Shown here: in pieces, positions 10,845 through 24,435 of the stretch | Numbering within the stretch: position 1 is the first letter of the stretch | How the letters are laid out: each line of letters begins with the position of its first letter | NCBI RefSeq assembly: GCF_036321535.1 | Contig: NC_087436.1 | Location: 122,080,001 to 122,144,000 of the forward strand | DNA length: 64,000 nucleotides | Direction: 5' to 3' | From: Camelus dromedarius | Taxonomy: Eukaryota | Translations under genes and position numbers: made by a program | Notes under the pieces: generated by a model | What the model saw: only the letters and a program-made list of their open reading frames with translations | Database searches by the model: none | What the model was told of the DNA's origin: nothing

Positions 10845-13610
10845 TGACTATGCCGTGCCGTCCAGACCCCCACTTCCTCAGATAGGATGGCCAAGGCCTT
10901 TGTTGCAACTGTATCACATTTGAGCTCCCGCCTCAGTCCTGCTCCCCAAGACTGTCCCCTGGTAAACTGCTGCAGGCAAAGCTCAGTCTGGTTCCCAGGG
11001 AACTTGATCTGCTACAGTTGGTGCTAGCAGTGGTCTGAGAAAGCAGACGTGGCATTTTGAAGTTGGGTCACCCTCGGGCAGGCTGGCACTGGTGACTTCA
11101 CACCCATCGTGGATGGAGTACAGATGGCAGCCGGGCAGTTAATGCTTTTACTAGGGGTGACTGGTCCAGCATACCAGTGATGCAGCTGCCCAGGCTGCTG
11201 GGCAATAAGTGCAAGGCAGTGGGAGAGAATGGAATTGGTGGCTGTGGCTGGGTATAATAGATCCTTTGGAAAAAGACAAAGGCTGAGGGTGATTAATTAG
11301 CAATCAAAAGCTACATATGATAACCAGAGGGCATGTCTGCTAGCCTGTAGAGAGCCACCTGCAGTTATAGTCCCTGTGCCTGGTGAGGCTGGTAGAGCTC
11401 CAGAGGAGGTTGCATTCTCAGTCCTGGCAGGTGTTCTGCCTTTGGGTCAGGGCCCTGAGATGCAGGATGGGGACATCTGGATTGGTGCCTTCAAATCTTG
11501 AATCCCAGATGCCTCCGGACCTGCAGAAGTAGCTGCTTCTCTGTATTCAAAGCCAGCCCCCATCTCTCCAACCCCCGCCCTTCCCTCCCCACTAGCTTGA
11601 AGACAATACAAGAGGGTTCTGTCTTGAAAAATAACTCATTCTTCCTCAAGAACTGACACCTCTTTCTCTCTTGGCCATTAAGTCACAACATAACCTGGCT
11701 AAGAGGTACTGGGGGTGTTAAGTGAGTGTATGATTCAGGGAACAGAAACCATATAGTAATTTGAACCAGGAAAGTTTAAAGGATTATTAATGAGTCATGG
11801 GATTAGTTGCCAAGGAGTAAAGCAAACTGAAGCTCACAAGAATAGGAGACAGAGAGCAGCCACGTGAGGCAGAGTGTCAAAGGAAGGAACAAAACTGGAA
11901 TAGCTTGGCCAGTTGAGGTCCACCAGCCTGCATCATCTGCTGGTCCAGTGCAGACAACCTTGGCTCTTCAGTGGAGTGACCATGGGGCTGCAGGGGAGGC
12001 TCTGTGTGGGCCAGCAGCACGGCACTCCTCCCCAGGGCCGGTCTAGCTGATGCCTCTGCTGAATGTCCAACTCACCAACGGCAAATTGAACGCTGGGTCC
12101 CCAGTAGTACTGAGCTTTGAGGAGAACAGCCATTTGGCTAGTTGGCAACACTGAACCCCCTGTGCCCCCAAAGTTGCTGTGATTTGCCTTGACTGGAATA
12201 CACATATTCCAGACACGAGTTTGCCTTTCTCATATGCAGGGCCTCAGTGAGCTCAGTTATCCGGGGCTCATGGAGCATTTGATCCACTGGCAGAATCTTG
12301 TGTAGCATCGCACTGGACTCAGGGACCCACTTTACAGCGAAGGAGCTTCTGTGGGCACATGACCATGGAACCCATGCGTTCCCTCACGGCCGTACGCTGG
12401 AAACACAGTCTGATGGGGTGGTGGGGTGGTGGAGTGGTGGGCAGCAGGCTCAGCGCGGGGGGCCTCCAGGATGCAGTAGACACTACGTAAGTGACCACTG
12501 CAGGGTGCGGTGTCCCCAGTGTACATAATTAAAGGCTCTGGGAACCAAAAGGTGGCAGTGGGAGTGGCCCTGCTTACCATCACTCCCAGTGCCCCCCAGT
12601 GTATTTGTGTTTCTCTCCCCCTACATGTCTGGGTTCTGCAGGTTTAGTCTTTGACTCCCAAGGAGAAACCCACGAGGGGCACAAGAGGAGTACCACTCAG
12701 TTTCAAGCTATAGCTGCAGCCCAGTGATTTCAAGTTCCTTATGCCAAGAGACTGGCAGGCAGGGAGTGTAATCTCCATCCTGTTCATCAGGGAAAGTTGG
12801 GGCTGCTGTTTCATAACTGGGGCAGGGAAGCATGCACTTGGCGCCTGGGGGATGTGATTGGACACCTCTTGGTCCACTGCTCAAATCTGATGGTAAGTGC
12901 AGTGGCCATGACCTGAGAAGAGCGTGGTGACTGGGACTTAAACGTCTCAGACTTGAGGGTTTGGGTCATGATTAGGCAGACTACCTAGCCCAGCAGAGGT
13001 GCTAAACCAGGGTGAGGGGACCTTAGAATGGGCAGTAGAAGAGGGAGTTTAATAGCATTTGCAACTTTGAGACCAGCTGCAGGACAAGGAGATGCAGTTC
13101 ATCCCATTAACTCCTTTAAAGTCTCCCCCAGGAAGCGCCCCACCAGAGTCCTGGAGGAGCTGCTCCCAGAACCTATCTGAAGCATGGTGGCTGTGAGCAG
13201 TGCTGTGTGGTGAACCGTAGGCAAGACTGCAGTGAACACTGCGGACGCCCAGACCCACCCCCCACCCCCCCGCCCCATTCATCCCCCCAGCTGCTGCTCA
13301 CAGCGCAGCCCCTCCTGATGAGTACCTCAGCTGCAAAGAGCTTCTTTACCCAAGGGCACGCCCCTTTCCCAGGAGCAACCAGGTGAAGACTGGTGGGTGC
13401 TGGGGTATAAAGGCCCAGCTCCCCTGACCCAACAGGGGACAAATCTGCAGGACCACACCAGGTTCGGAACAGGCCTTGGTACTGGCTGCACCTTGGACCA
13501 GTCCTCGTCCTCCACTCCCCTGCAGGTGTTGAACCTGAGAGCGCTCCCTGATGAGCTTTGCGAGTGCAGACTTCCATCTCAGTCCGCCTCCTGGGGACCA
13601 GGCCTGGCCC
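10845..13610 (+). mobile_element. Decayed, internally deleted ERVL-class provirus (LTR16/ERV3-16A3-like) with both LTR remnants
   Basis: LTR end followed by gttggtgctagcagtggtctgagaaagcag at ~11017. Integrase-like SIALDSGTHFTAKELLWAHDHG (ORF 12298) and dUTPase-like remnant at ~12690-12780. 3' LTR-like segment at 13205-13610 whose end resembles the 5' LTR end. Confidence 0.75.
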
Positions 13611-13689
13611 TGTGTGTGTGTAACATACTTTGTACATAGGTTTGGTCATTGTTTTCAAAAATAGGGTCATCTTTTCACAGGTTCCTGCA

Positions 13690-15000
13690 TCTTTAAGTCA
13701 GCTAATACAGCTTTTCAATGGCTCTGTGTTTCGTGGTGTAGATGTTATATAAGTTATTCATCAATTGGTATCTACTTTGTTTTCAGTTCTTGGCCATGAA
13801 GCAATACCATCATGAATGTTTTGGTTTGAACCTATTTACTTTACTATTGCATATATTTCTGTGAAACAGATAGCCAGGAGTGAGATTGTTCAGTTAGGTA
13901 ATTTATGTATTTTATATCTGTTTTCATTGAGGTTACAATAGACACACACACACACACAGACACGCAAAGCACATCTAAGAGTGTGGCTCAAAATTTCAAA
14001 AACTGAACACCCCTGTAACCACCCAGATCAAGAAACAGAACATTGGTCGCACCCCAGAGGACCATCTTTGCTCCCTTTGGATCTGTCTTTTTCTTCCCAA
14101 CTCCCAAGGGTGGTGCATATATTTTTAATTTTAATAAACGTTGACAGTTTGCTTTCCAAAATGTTCCTAATTATTCACATTTTTACCAGCAATGCACGAG
14201 ACAACCTCTTCACCTCCATCTCCAATTATATTTAGTTTGCATTTCCCCGACTACTCCAAGTTTGAGTATTATATCATGTGTGTTTGCTTTTTGGATTTGC
14301 TGTTTTGTGTATTGCCTCTCCCTATTGTTTGCCCATTTTCTATTGAATTGTTTCTTTTTTGACCAGTGTAACTTGTTGTATAGTATAAGTTTTAACCCTT
14401 TGCCTTTTTTTGTCCCGGTTTTCCCAATATATCGTTTTCTTTCAGAAGTGATGCTAGTTGTGTTGTCACTGTTAATTAATCTGTCCTTCTCTACTGAGGT
14501 GAAACAACATCTTTGTCGTATACTAAATTCTCATAAGTCCTGGGGTCAGATTTTGGACTGTCTACTCTGTTCTAGAGATCTTTTTGTCTATTCATATTCA
14601 AATACCATGCAGATTTGATTACAGTGGCTTTTCTCGTATGTTCTGATAATGTGGCAAAATAAGTCTTATTATTTTTAAAAGCTTATGTTGTTTGTCTATT
14701 TTCAGATACTTAATATTTCATATTATTCTGAAATTATTTTTTCCATTAAAAGAGCCTTGCAGGGTCTCTGATGGGAATTGCGTTACATTTATAATTGGGA
14801 GAATTAAATATTTTGTGCACTTCTCAATGCTGTGTCTTTCCTTTTGTACAGAGCTCGCTTTATGCCATTTCGTAAGATTTTAAGTTTTCATCATTGAGCG
14901 CCTTGTGCCCTTTTTGTTAAGTGTATCCTAAGTATAACTCTTCTCTATTGTAAGTGAAAGATTTCCCCTGTTTGCATTTCTTGGTTGTTATTGTTACCAT
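13690..15000 (-). mobile_element. Ancient L1M fragments
   Basis: Antisense L1 3' UTR/ORF2 phrases (gtaaccacccagatcaagaaacagaacatt; tttgcatttccccgact; tgatgggaattgcgttacatttata). Confidence 0.7.
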
Positions 15001-15529
15001 AGAGGGAACGTGCACCGCAGAAGTCACGAGTGCAGACTCGAGTCCTGTTGTCTGAGGTTGAATCCAGGTTCTGTCACTAACTGTTCAGCCCAGGATTATT
15101 AAAATTAAAACAAGTTAAATCAGAAGTGTGTATTAGTGATGTTTTATTGAGTCTCTAATTGTTCCATTGCAGTGTTATTCAGTCTAAGAATTTCCTCAAA
15201 ACTTTAATACTTAAAAGGTTTCTGTAAAATGTTGAACTTGGGTTTTCAGAATCAAGTACTCAAATACAAATACCAAGTCATACTTTTTAACAAGCATCTC
15301 ATGACTACATAGCTCTGTCTCCAGTTAATTTGACAATACTGTACATCAATGCTTATTGCAATGGTAGTTTGCATTTTGGTCATAAATTTTATTACATTGT
15401 TTTAATTAGTAAATAATGAGTAAATAGCATGATAGTAGAAGGCTATTTCAATGTTTAGCTAATTGTATGACTTAGATTTCAATGTTTCTTTATTTCTTGC
15501 CTCATGTTGCCTTTTTGTGTTTTTTAAAG

Positions 15530-15609
15530 CTGCAGAAGTGGTAAACAAATCCAATATGAAGTATTCAGTACTCCATGAAGACGGGAAGAATCAATCACTG
15601 GGGAAAATG
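15530..15609 (+). CDS. POLN: POLN coding exon 2 (80 nt)
   Basis: tttttaaag|CT...ATG|gtaaat. Reads (T)AEVVNKSNMKYSVLHEDGKNQSLGKM. Phase 1 to 0 fits its neighbours. Confidence 0.85.
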
Positions 15610-16348
15610 GTAAATCATTGCAAATACGAGTAATTCTAAACAGATAACTTTCACTCACTTAACAAATACTTATTAAGTGTCTACTATATGCTAGGCACTG
15701 TGGATGCAATGGTTTAAAAAAAAGAGGAGTTCTTGCTCTCCAGGAGTTTTTAGTTTAATTCATATGAAGGGGAGGGGAGGGAAAGACAGAGGAGTACAGT
15801 ACCTCTGTAGGCGATGTGTTTGTGTCCTGGTAGAAGTCACTTCCGAGTGCTTTGGGGACGATAGGAGAGACAGAGTACCCAGTTTGTGTGCTGTTCCATT
15901 CTGTTGTCCGTTGAAAGGTTCTCACCTTCAGAGAGCAGGGGAAGGACTTTGAAAAATGTTTAGGTTAAAGGAAGAGAGCTTGGAACTTTGGGGTAGTGGA
16001 AATAAAGAGAGGTTCAGAAAGGAAGGGGTATAAAGGTGACAGTGATGAGTTATGTGGTTTGGGCTTGGGGATGGAGAGAAGAACAGGTCACATTACCAAG
16101 GACCTTACAGAGGAAGCAGTGGTGGAGGCGGCACAGTGGTCAGGAGAGTGGACTTTGGAGCAGCCTACCTGTGTTCAAGTCCCAGTCTAACTTAATCTAA
16201 ACTCCCTGTAGTAAGTCCTTGGATTGCTATTTGCCCCTGCAGTGGAGGGAGAGGCATCTTTGACAGAAGGGACCACGCAGCCCTTTGTAAGTGAGTAGAA
16301 ATTCTCTCTCTAAGTGGTGTTCAGACTGTGCTCCTGGGATCCCTAAGG

Positions 16349-16950
16349 CAGAGGTCTTCAAATCTTTTTGCTCCCTTTCTCACAGAAGAATTTTGAGAAG
16401 CCATGTATCTCTTGGTACATTTTTAAGTTGACATTTAAAATACTTATCACAAGTTTAAAAGTTTCAAAGGATATGATTTCTGGTGTATTAATAATATTGA
16501 CATATTAAAACCTGTTATATCAGTGTTTAAAATATGTCCACTAAAATCTAAATACTCTACTCCGATAACTTGATATCCATAATCATCCCTGTGAAAAATA
16601 CATGAGCAAGATATTCTTCAACAATTTGATTTTGTATATTTTCCTTTTTCTTCTTGGCACCTCTATACTCCACAGAATTTTTAATGTGATGTAATCTCAT
16701 GTTTGGAAGTCTTCTCTTGAAAATCATCTAATATTTATCTGCAATAAAAATAAGGATAAATTTAAATTTTCTGTAACCAAGTGTTAAAATTTTGTCTTTC
16801 AAAATTAAGTACCATTGGTATATACTTGTTCAGAACAGCATAAATATACCATAAATTCTGAAAAAAAAACATTAAAAATAAAGTTGAATTGTAAATGAAT
16901 CCTATAAAGAAACAGAAATGCTTTTTCCCTTCAGTTTGTGAATCTATGAA
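16349..16950. mobile_element. Possible hAT/Charlie-type DNA transposon relic
   Basis: AT-rich block starting cagaggtcttcaaa and ending tttgtgaatctatg, resembling degenerate hAT terminal inverted repeats. Confidence 0.35.
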
Positions 16951-17426
16951 TGAATATTGTACATTGCTAGATCGAAACAGGAGGAGGATTGCTGCTGAGC
17001 TGTACTTTTTAAAAAAATGTAGTAGATAGATTAACATATTATCAAATAGTTGTGGTGATTTCACTTCCTCTGGAAATGGCCTTTGCTGGAAGTTGTCAGT
17101 CACTCACCTCCACACTCTGCACACCTCAGCACACTCCTGCGGAGCATCTCCTCTCATGCATGGTCCCAGCACAGGGCTGTGGCTGGACATGCTCTAAACT
17201 CCTGCCTGTTCCAGCCCATGACTCAGATATGCACTCCTACCTGAGCTGAGAAAAATCACAGCTCTGGAAGACACCCTGTAGTTCATTAGAAAGTTTGATC
17301 ATAGATAATGTGAATGAAGCTGTGTTCCCACTTTTCCTTAGATGAGTTTTACCAGATATTAGTTAGATTTATAGTCTGTCTTATGAATCCATATTCCAGT
17401 GAAATATTTTCCTTTTTTTTATATAG

Positions 17427-17930
17427 AATCTTAATTCTTTTACAAGCCAGAAGTCAGGAGTTCCCATCAAGTTCTCTCCTCAGTCCTCCAATACCAGACT
17501 CACAGATCAACTGTCTACTGATCAAAACCAGAAATATATCAGCTCGTTGGCTCCTTCTCGGTGTTCAGTTCCTCAGTGTGACCAAGAGGCTTCAGTTCTA
17601 CAGAAAATGGAATGTAAAAGAAAACATTTACCAAAGGAAAATATAAATAATGAAAAAGATAAAGAAAACATGAATCTTAAAAGAAAACACATCACATGTA
17701 GTAATTCATCAGAGAAAACAAGTAAACTTATGGCTTTGGAAGAAAATGCTGGTGAGGCTGAAACCTACCTAAATTCTGGGAACTCAAAAGCCTTCAGACA
17801 CCATTTTTGTGATATTAGATGTTTAGATGCTTTGGAGAAAAGCCAGCTGACCGAGATGCTCAAACAGGCAGTAGCCCTGGTGGTAACTCTGTTGTATAAG
17901 GATGGCTCAACCCCGCTAAGAGCTGACCAG
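17427..17930 (+). CDS. POLN: POLN coding exon 3 (504 nt)
   Basis: tttatatag|AAT...GACCAG|gttagt. Reads NLNSFTSQKSG...RLTDQLSTDQ...NLKRKHIT...HFCDIRCLD...LKQAVALVVTLLYKDGSTPLRADQ (includes track ORF 17547). Confidence 0.93.
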
Positions 17931-19065
17931 GTTAGTACACAGTGTTGATTTTTGTTTGTTTCGTTTTTTGTCACCATAAAAGAAACTCATTTTCTTAGTG
18001 TCTAATTTTGCTAGGAGAGCTAGAAATAAGATTTTGAAGCCACCTTCTTCCTCTGCCCTGCACCCACCATGGTGAGTGACTGATAATGCATAGTTCTCAA
18101 TAGATTTTTAAGACGCTGCCACATGTTTCCAGAGTACTTACACCATTTTACCTTCTACCAGCAGTGTATGAGGGGTCCAGATTCCCCACCTCCCTGTCAG
18201 TACTTGCTGTTGTCCATCTTCCTTAGTTTAGCCGTTACAGTAGGTGTGAAGTCGCATTTCATTGAGGTTTTAAATTGCATTTCCCTCATAACTGATGACT
18301 TTGGGCATCTTTTCATGTGCTTATTGGCCATTTGTGAAGTGTCAGTTCAGATCTTTTGCTCATTTTAAAACTGGGTTATTTGAGCTTTATTTTGGATCTG
18401 TAGGAACTCTTTATATATTCTGATACAAGTCTCTGGTCGGATATATGATTTGCAGTTCTCCAAATATGTGACTTGTTTTTATCACTTTCTAGGTGATACC
18501 TTTTGAAGCACAAACATTTTAATTTGATGAACTCCAGTTTATCCAGTACCTCTTTGATTGCTTGTGTGTTTAGTGTTATATTTAAGAATGCTTTGCCTAT
18601 CTTGAGTCATGAAGTATTTTCTTCTAAGAGTTTACAGTCTTACGTTTAAGCCCGTGATCCATTTTGAGGGCTGTGAGATGAAGGCACAAATCTACCCTCT
18701 TGCATGTTGATACCTAGATTTCCCGCACTACTGATCGAAAAGACTCTTCTTTCCCCATGAGTTTTTTGGGGTACTTTTATAGAAACTCAGTAGACTCAAA
18801 ATGTAAGAGTTTATTTCTGAACATTCAGTTCTTTCCACTGATTTATATATCTCTCCGTATGCCAGTACCACACTGTCTTGATTACTTTAGTTTTATAGTA
18901 AGTTTTGAAATTGGGAAGTGTGAGTCTTAACTGACTTTTTTCAAGATTGTTTCAGGTATTCTGGTTTCTTTGCATTTCAATATAAATTTTGGGATCAATT
19001 TGTCAGTTTGTTCAAACATTCAGCTCAGGTTTTAATATAAATCTATAGATTAATTTTGGCAGTTT

Positions 19066-19530
19066 TGTTACCAGCTGGGGCCTCTGGACTCTTTAATCAA
19101 CAGAAATTGATGAGAGGCCAGATAAGAATCTCAGGCACGGCTCTACTGGGGTTCATGCTACTGCACAGGGGAGTGAAAGCAGGAACAAGCACCCTTGCCT
19201 GCTTCCCGCGAGGAGCTGCTTGGGTTCTTAAAATGGGGTGACAACGGGGGCAGATCCGTGGGTGGACAGGAGGCGTGGCTTAGGTGGTCTGTCCACCCCT
19301 TGGTAGTGCCATGTGCAAGAATCACCCTAGTATCCTGCTTTTGCTTCCCGTACCTCAGAAACAGCAATTTGTTTGTGGCCTTTTTGTATCCTGTTGCTCA
19401 TAACTGCTCCAACTTCTGCATGTGTGGTTATTTGCAGTCGCCTGTAGCTTCTTTGTATCCTGTTGCTCAGGGAGACGTTTGTCTAGGTGTAAGCACTCTA
19501 GTAAAGGGCCCTGGGTCCTGGCCTGTCTCA
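19066..19530 (-). mobile_element. Solo LTR, ERV1 class
   Basis: TGTTACCA...TGTCTCA termini with 4-bp TSD GTTT (19062-19065 and 19531-19534), inserted in an L1. Confidence 0.85.
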
Positions 19531-20131
19531 GTTTCGCCGTCTTGACGGTACTGAATTTTCTGATCCATGAAAGGGGGGTGTCCTTCCATTTATTTAAAAT
19601 TTCGATTTCTTTAGTAATGCTTTGTAATTTTCGACGTAGTGTATACATCTTGCTTCACCTTTCATTGTTGTTGCTGGGTGTGAACTGTGAGTTGACAGCT
19701 TTTCTTTAAGTAAAAATGTTACGTTGCTGTCGTCTAGCTTGCTTTACGTCCCACAGGAAACCTGTCATCCTTATGTTTATTTCTACCTAGGAAATGTGTC
19801 CCATCCCCCTCAACCCCGCCCCAGCTTCCTTTAAGATCTTCTCTTTATCACTGGTTTCAAGCAATTTGACTATGATGTAATTTGGTGTCATTTTCTTCAT
19901 GTTTCTTGCACTTGGAGTTTATTGATCATCTTGATTCTACAGCTTAGTTTGGGAGAATTGACATTATTTTGAGTTTTATTGTCCTTAAACATGGCATGTT
20001 TCTGTTATTTAGTCTTCTCTGTTTTCTTTCATCAGTATTTTATAGTTTTCAGTATATGGATCCAGTGTATGTTTTACTGATTTCTATCTAAGTATTTCAT
20101 TTTGGGGAGTAGTTATTATAAATGGTAATTT

Positions 20132-20267
20132 TTTTTTATGTTTATTTGAGGGGCAGGTAATTAGGTTTATTTGGTTATTTTTGGTAGAGGTACCAGGGAT
20201 TGAACCCAGGACCTTGTACATGCTAAGCACATGCTTACCACTGAGCTATACCCTCTTCCCTGCTCCC
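20132..20267 (-). mobile_element. tRNA-derived SINE (Vic-1-like)
   Basis: taattaggtttattt...gggattgaacccaggacc...ccactgagctataccc. TSD TGGTAATTT at 20123-20131 and 20268-20276. Confidence 0.88.
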
Positions 20268-20762
20268 TGGTAATTTCTTTTTTAAAAAAAGTTTATTTTC
20301 ACATATTCATTGTTAGTGTGTAAAGATACAGTTGATTTTTGTGTTTTGACCTTGTATCCTGCAACCTTGCTAAAATCACATATTAGTTCCAGGAGGTTTT
20401 TTTTTTTTTTTGGTTTTGGTTTTCATTTTGTAGATTCTTTTGGGTTTTCTACACAGACATTTATGTCATCTGTAAGTAGAGAGGGTATATTTCCTCCTTT
20501 CTGACTTGTATGCCTTGCATTTCTTCTTCCTGCTGTGCTGCACTGGCTGAGATTCCCACTGTGATGGTGAAGAGGGAGGAGAACAGTTTGGAGAGTGGGT
20601 TGTGGGTTTGCTTATGCCTTTGATGGTCATTAACAGAGCTGTTTACAAATTTTAATATTAGGCCTTTTCTTCCTGCTAAATTTTAAAACATGACATACCT
20701 TTCTTGAATAAATACACTGTTTATGTTTGATTTTGCAGCTTTGTTTGATTGTGTATCCACAG

Positions 20763-20956
20763 GCTCTGGGTTCCTCTGTTAAAGGTGTCGTGATGATGTT
20801 ACTGCAGAGCCCCACGGGGGAGGGCCGGGCTCCCCCACCGGCCTCAGACAGTGTCCTGGAGGAGGGCTTCACACGCAGTGACCAGTGCATCTACATAAAA
20901 ACTGAGCACTCCTGTGTTTGGGGCCCAGAACAAGAGGCACACCATCAGTTTGCCAG
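20763..20956 (+). CDS. POLN: POLN coding exon 4 (194 nt)
   Basis: ccacag|GCT...GCCAG|gtaaga. Reads ALGSSVKGVVM...DQCIYIKTEHSCVWGPEQEAHHQFAR. Confidence 0.9.
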
Positions 20957-21881
20957 GTAAGAAGTCCTTACACGTTACCTTAACTGCTACTTATGTGCCT
21001 GCGTTATCCTAATTTAGAGTTTCTCAAGGTCCAAGTTTAGTTAAACTTGTACAAGTTTTGTATGAGCTCATGAAAATAAAATGGACCTAAATGACAGGAA
21101 CCTCTGCAAACACTGGCCCTCCCTCCTTCAGAGAGTTTCTGGAATAGAGGGTCCATCCATGGAGCCTGCTCCAGGATTTGAATCAACATCTAAATGAGAA
21201 GTTGGTAGGAAAGGGTCATCTTAAAGCCTGAAAACCCATCGTTGCTGCCAGAGTACCGGCTGGTGTCCTCACCACACCATCCACTCACTCACAGCGTTGG
21301 AAAGTCGTTGCCACTGGCTTCAAACAGTAAATGGTCCTCAGTACCAAGATACTACTGATCTCAAAGCTTCATTCTGTGAGAATGGATGAGAACTGGCTCG
21401 CTTGTGCTTGCCTTCTCGCAGCCGTAGAATTTCAGAGCAGGCGGGGATGCTCTGCTGCTCCTTCTCAGTCCTGGCAAGTCCCTCGTGGGTTGCAGCCTGT
21501 GCCACTCGTCTTTGCTTGTATTGCCACCCTGACTCAGCTCTCTGCTTTGGGTGGGGGCATCCACCTCCTGTTTGCCCAGCCCTCTGAGTTCAAGTCCACT
21601 AGCTGCCTGGAGGGAGCTCCTCGAAGCCGCTGCCCTGAAGAAGGGTTTGAGGAGGCTCAGGGTGAGAAGGTAGGGGCCTGGGCCTGGCCCTGCCTGCCAG
21701 CACAGCCTCACAGGGCCCGGGGTGAGTTTTGGGTAATGGTGTAGGTTCCAGGCTACCAGCAGAGATGCTGTCTTGGCGAGGAACGCCTGAGGCGCTTGTC
21801 CGGCCTGTAGCACTCGTACAAGCCCTCACCTCCCACAGGTGTTTCCCCCATAGAGGCCAGCCCTGTGGCTGGACCAGCTCT

Positions 21882-22344
21882 TGTGGTTCTTATTACGATC
21901 ACAGGACACACTTCAGCAAAAACCATGGGGGAACTTTTAGGAACAAGATTTATCACTCACAAATCCTGGAGGGTACACAGCATGCCCAGGGCCACACAGA
22001 GAGGTTGTGGTGGGGGGGAGAGAGAGAGATGGGCCTAGGGCTCTACTTCTCTTAGGGTTTGAGGGTGGGGTGTCTAGGGTTTTGAGGATTCACTCTTTCT
22101 TGGCTGACTTAAAGCATAAGGAAGATTGAGAAGCAGTCGCTCACTGGTCAGTATTCTAGGTTGCTCTGGGCTTTCTGAAAGAGGGACCTTCATCTGGCTC
22201 TTCAGCTGCTTGTTTTGCCCACAGCTGGCAACACGCCTGTTCAAGAAGGACATGTTTTGAAATGATGCCTCAGCCGTCAAAGCTTAACGTCAGGTGTGTG
22301 CACCACAGTAATTTCTGGTGAGAATGGGACGTTTGAGAAATACA
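21882..22344 (-). mobile_element. Solo LTR, probably ERVL class
   Basis: TG...CA termini with imperfect 5-bp TSD GCTCT/GCACT. Confidence 0.6.
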
Positions 22345-23029
22345 GCACTCTGGTCCCAAGAACCCAGAACTTTTTTACGTATTTTCTTTTGGAAGAACAA
22401 TTAGGCAGGTCTGTTCTATGGAGACTCTTGTGAGAGAAGGGCCCTGGTACCGGATGGCCTTTCCGCACTCTGGATCTGTGAGTCTACTCGACACTCTCCT
22501 CGTGGACGTCTGGTGGTCACTGCAGCTCCCGTCTCCCCTGTGCCCTGTGTCCTGCAGATGCGGCGTAATCAACTTTGAAACTGACCCAGAGAACACGCCG
22601 TGTTTAGCCGTTTTGTCTTACATGATCCGTGTCTTGTTTGTCTTAAGATAGAAATCAGCCCGGCTGCATGGCTCCGTGGGAGAGCTCACGGCTGTTGGCC
22701 GGCTTCACTGAGGACTCCGAGTCTGCCGCACACGGGAGCGTCAGCGCGGGGTGGCGCCCCGTTGCTCCAGCTCTTCTCCCTCATGAGCTCCCCTGCCCTT
22801 GTCCTCCTGCTCGCCCCCAGGTCCAGTGGAGCCAAGACCGGAAGCTGTGCTGTCGGCAGTTGGCCCTCTTCAAGGGAAACCAAGGTGAAAGTGCACAACA
22901 GTTCAGAACATCTGTCTGTGGAGCAGACAGAGCTCATTTGGCTCCTGGTTTCCTTCTTCCTCAGCCTTATTCAAAGACCCTCATTAATGTATCAATAAGC
23001 AGTTACCAAAAAAGGAGATTTATATCCTG

Positions 23030-23258
23030 GGCCCTGGCAGCAGCAAGATAGGGTCTCAGACCTCAGCTTTGCCACTTACCAGCTGTGTGAGGCAGGGAAA
23101 ATTGTTTTACCCTCCAAGCCTCAGTTTTCCTTGTCTGTAAAATGGGTCCAATGCCTGCCTAATGCAATTACGATGAGGTTTCAATGCAGCAGTCCCTGTG
23201 CAGTGTTTAGCATGGTACCTGCACACGGTAAGTATTCAATAAATATCAACTATTGTTA
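23030..23258 (+). mobile_element. MIR SINE
   Basis: gccacttaccagctgtgtga...gcctcagttttccttgtctgtaaaatggg...gtaagtattcaataaat follows the MIR core and tail. Confidence 0.85.
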
Positions 23259-23766
23259 ATCCCATATTCAAGGAGCTCATGATGTAACGGGGCCAAAGTA
23301 AACTAGCATAGCAGATGTGGTCCCAGCTGTGGCAATGTGGGGACAGGAATATTAAAGGAACATAGAGGATGGGGCAACTCCCTGCCTGGGGAATCAGGGC
23401 AGGCCCCTTGACAATAGCACTTGAGCAGTTTTCAGAAATTGTGGGGGTAGAATTTTAGGCAAGAATGCAGCATGTGCTGTGGCCCCAGAGTGAGAGATAA
23501 CATGGCATAGCCCTGTGATGGAGGAAGGTGAACTCAGTGTGAACAGAGGGTAGACTCTTGGGAGGGTGTGCTGGAGCACAGGCTGAGGCCAGCTGTGAGG
23601 AGCCCAGAGTGTGTCAGCTCTGCTTATGAGTTTGGGTCTTTGTCGGTAATGGGGCTGAACCCAGGAATTGGCTCTGACCAGTTGTGTGAACTTGAGTTCA
23701 TTACTAGCCTCTCTGTGTCTAAGCTTCATCATCTGTGAAATGCAAATGATAAATGATACCTACCTC

Positions 23767-24163
23767 TGTCAACCAAGAGGTAATGCAGGAGGCTGCAGAT
23801 AGGAAAAGGGGTTATTTGGGGTGTTAAGAATTGCAGTTCAGGAGACACAAATTTGAGTAACCCTGAAAGAGTGTTTCAGGGAAGAGAAAGAGTCAGGGAC
23901 TTTAAGGACAAAAAGCCACAAGATTGTTAAAAGTTGCCTGGCAAGAATTGTGATTGACTCTGATACAAGTCTGAAAATCTCTGTCCTTAAGGAGTTGTGA
24001 ATTGTTATAGGGCGGGGGTCGATAAGTAGATAGGCTGTCCTGGGTTTCTGGCAGATGTTCTGGATACTCTCCATCAGGTCAAAAGGTCAGATTCCATCCC
24101 GGCCACCTCCTCAATGGCCTCCTGGCGCCCTTGTGGAGACTCCGTTTTGATTTTTCATCCACA
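23767..24163 (-). mobile_element. Solo LTR, ERV1 class, inserted in a MIR (MIR ~23660-23766 and 24164-24240)
   Basis: TGTCAA...CCACA termini with 4-bp TSD CCTC. MIR sequence resumes after the LTR. Confidence 0.8.
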
Positions 24164-24322
24164 CCTCACAGGTTTGAGTTAATCCCTGGAAAGCTCTCAG
24201 AGGGAGAATGTCGACAAAGCAGCGGTAAGTGTTAGTGGAGTAGTAATAATGCTCTTCCAAGGTGACAGTTCCCAACTAGTGTGTGAAGTATTGTGCTCAG
24301 TGAGTGTCTTTTCATCTTCCAG

Positions 24323-24435
24323 GAAGGTGCTGTTTCAAACACTGAAATGTAAACGTCCTGTTATTTGTTTCAATGCTAAAGACTTTGTGAGAACAGTGCT
24401 ACAGGTTTTTGGTGATGATGACAGTTGGAAGTGTG
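24323..24435 (+). CDS. POLN: POLN coding exon 5 (113 nt)
   Basis: cttccag|G...TGTG|gtaagt. Reads [37 protein letters not shown]. Confidence 0.93.

Larger units (their letters stand above)
18100..20590 (-). mobile_element. L1M ORF2 fragments interrupted by an LTR and a SINE
   Basis: Antisense L1 ORF2 (gccagtaccacactgtcttgattac; ccttgtatcctgcaaccttgctaaaatc). The L1 continues on both sides of the 19066-19530 LTR. Confidence 0.8.
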
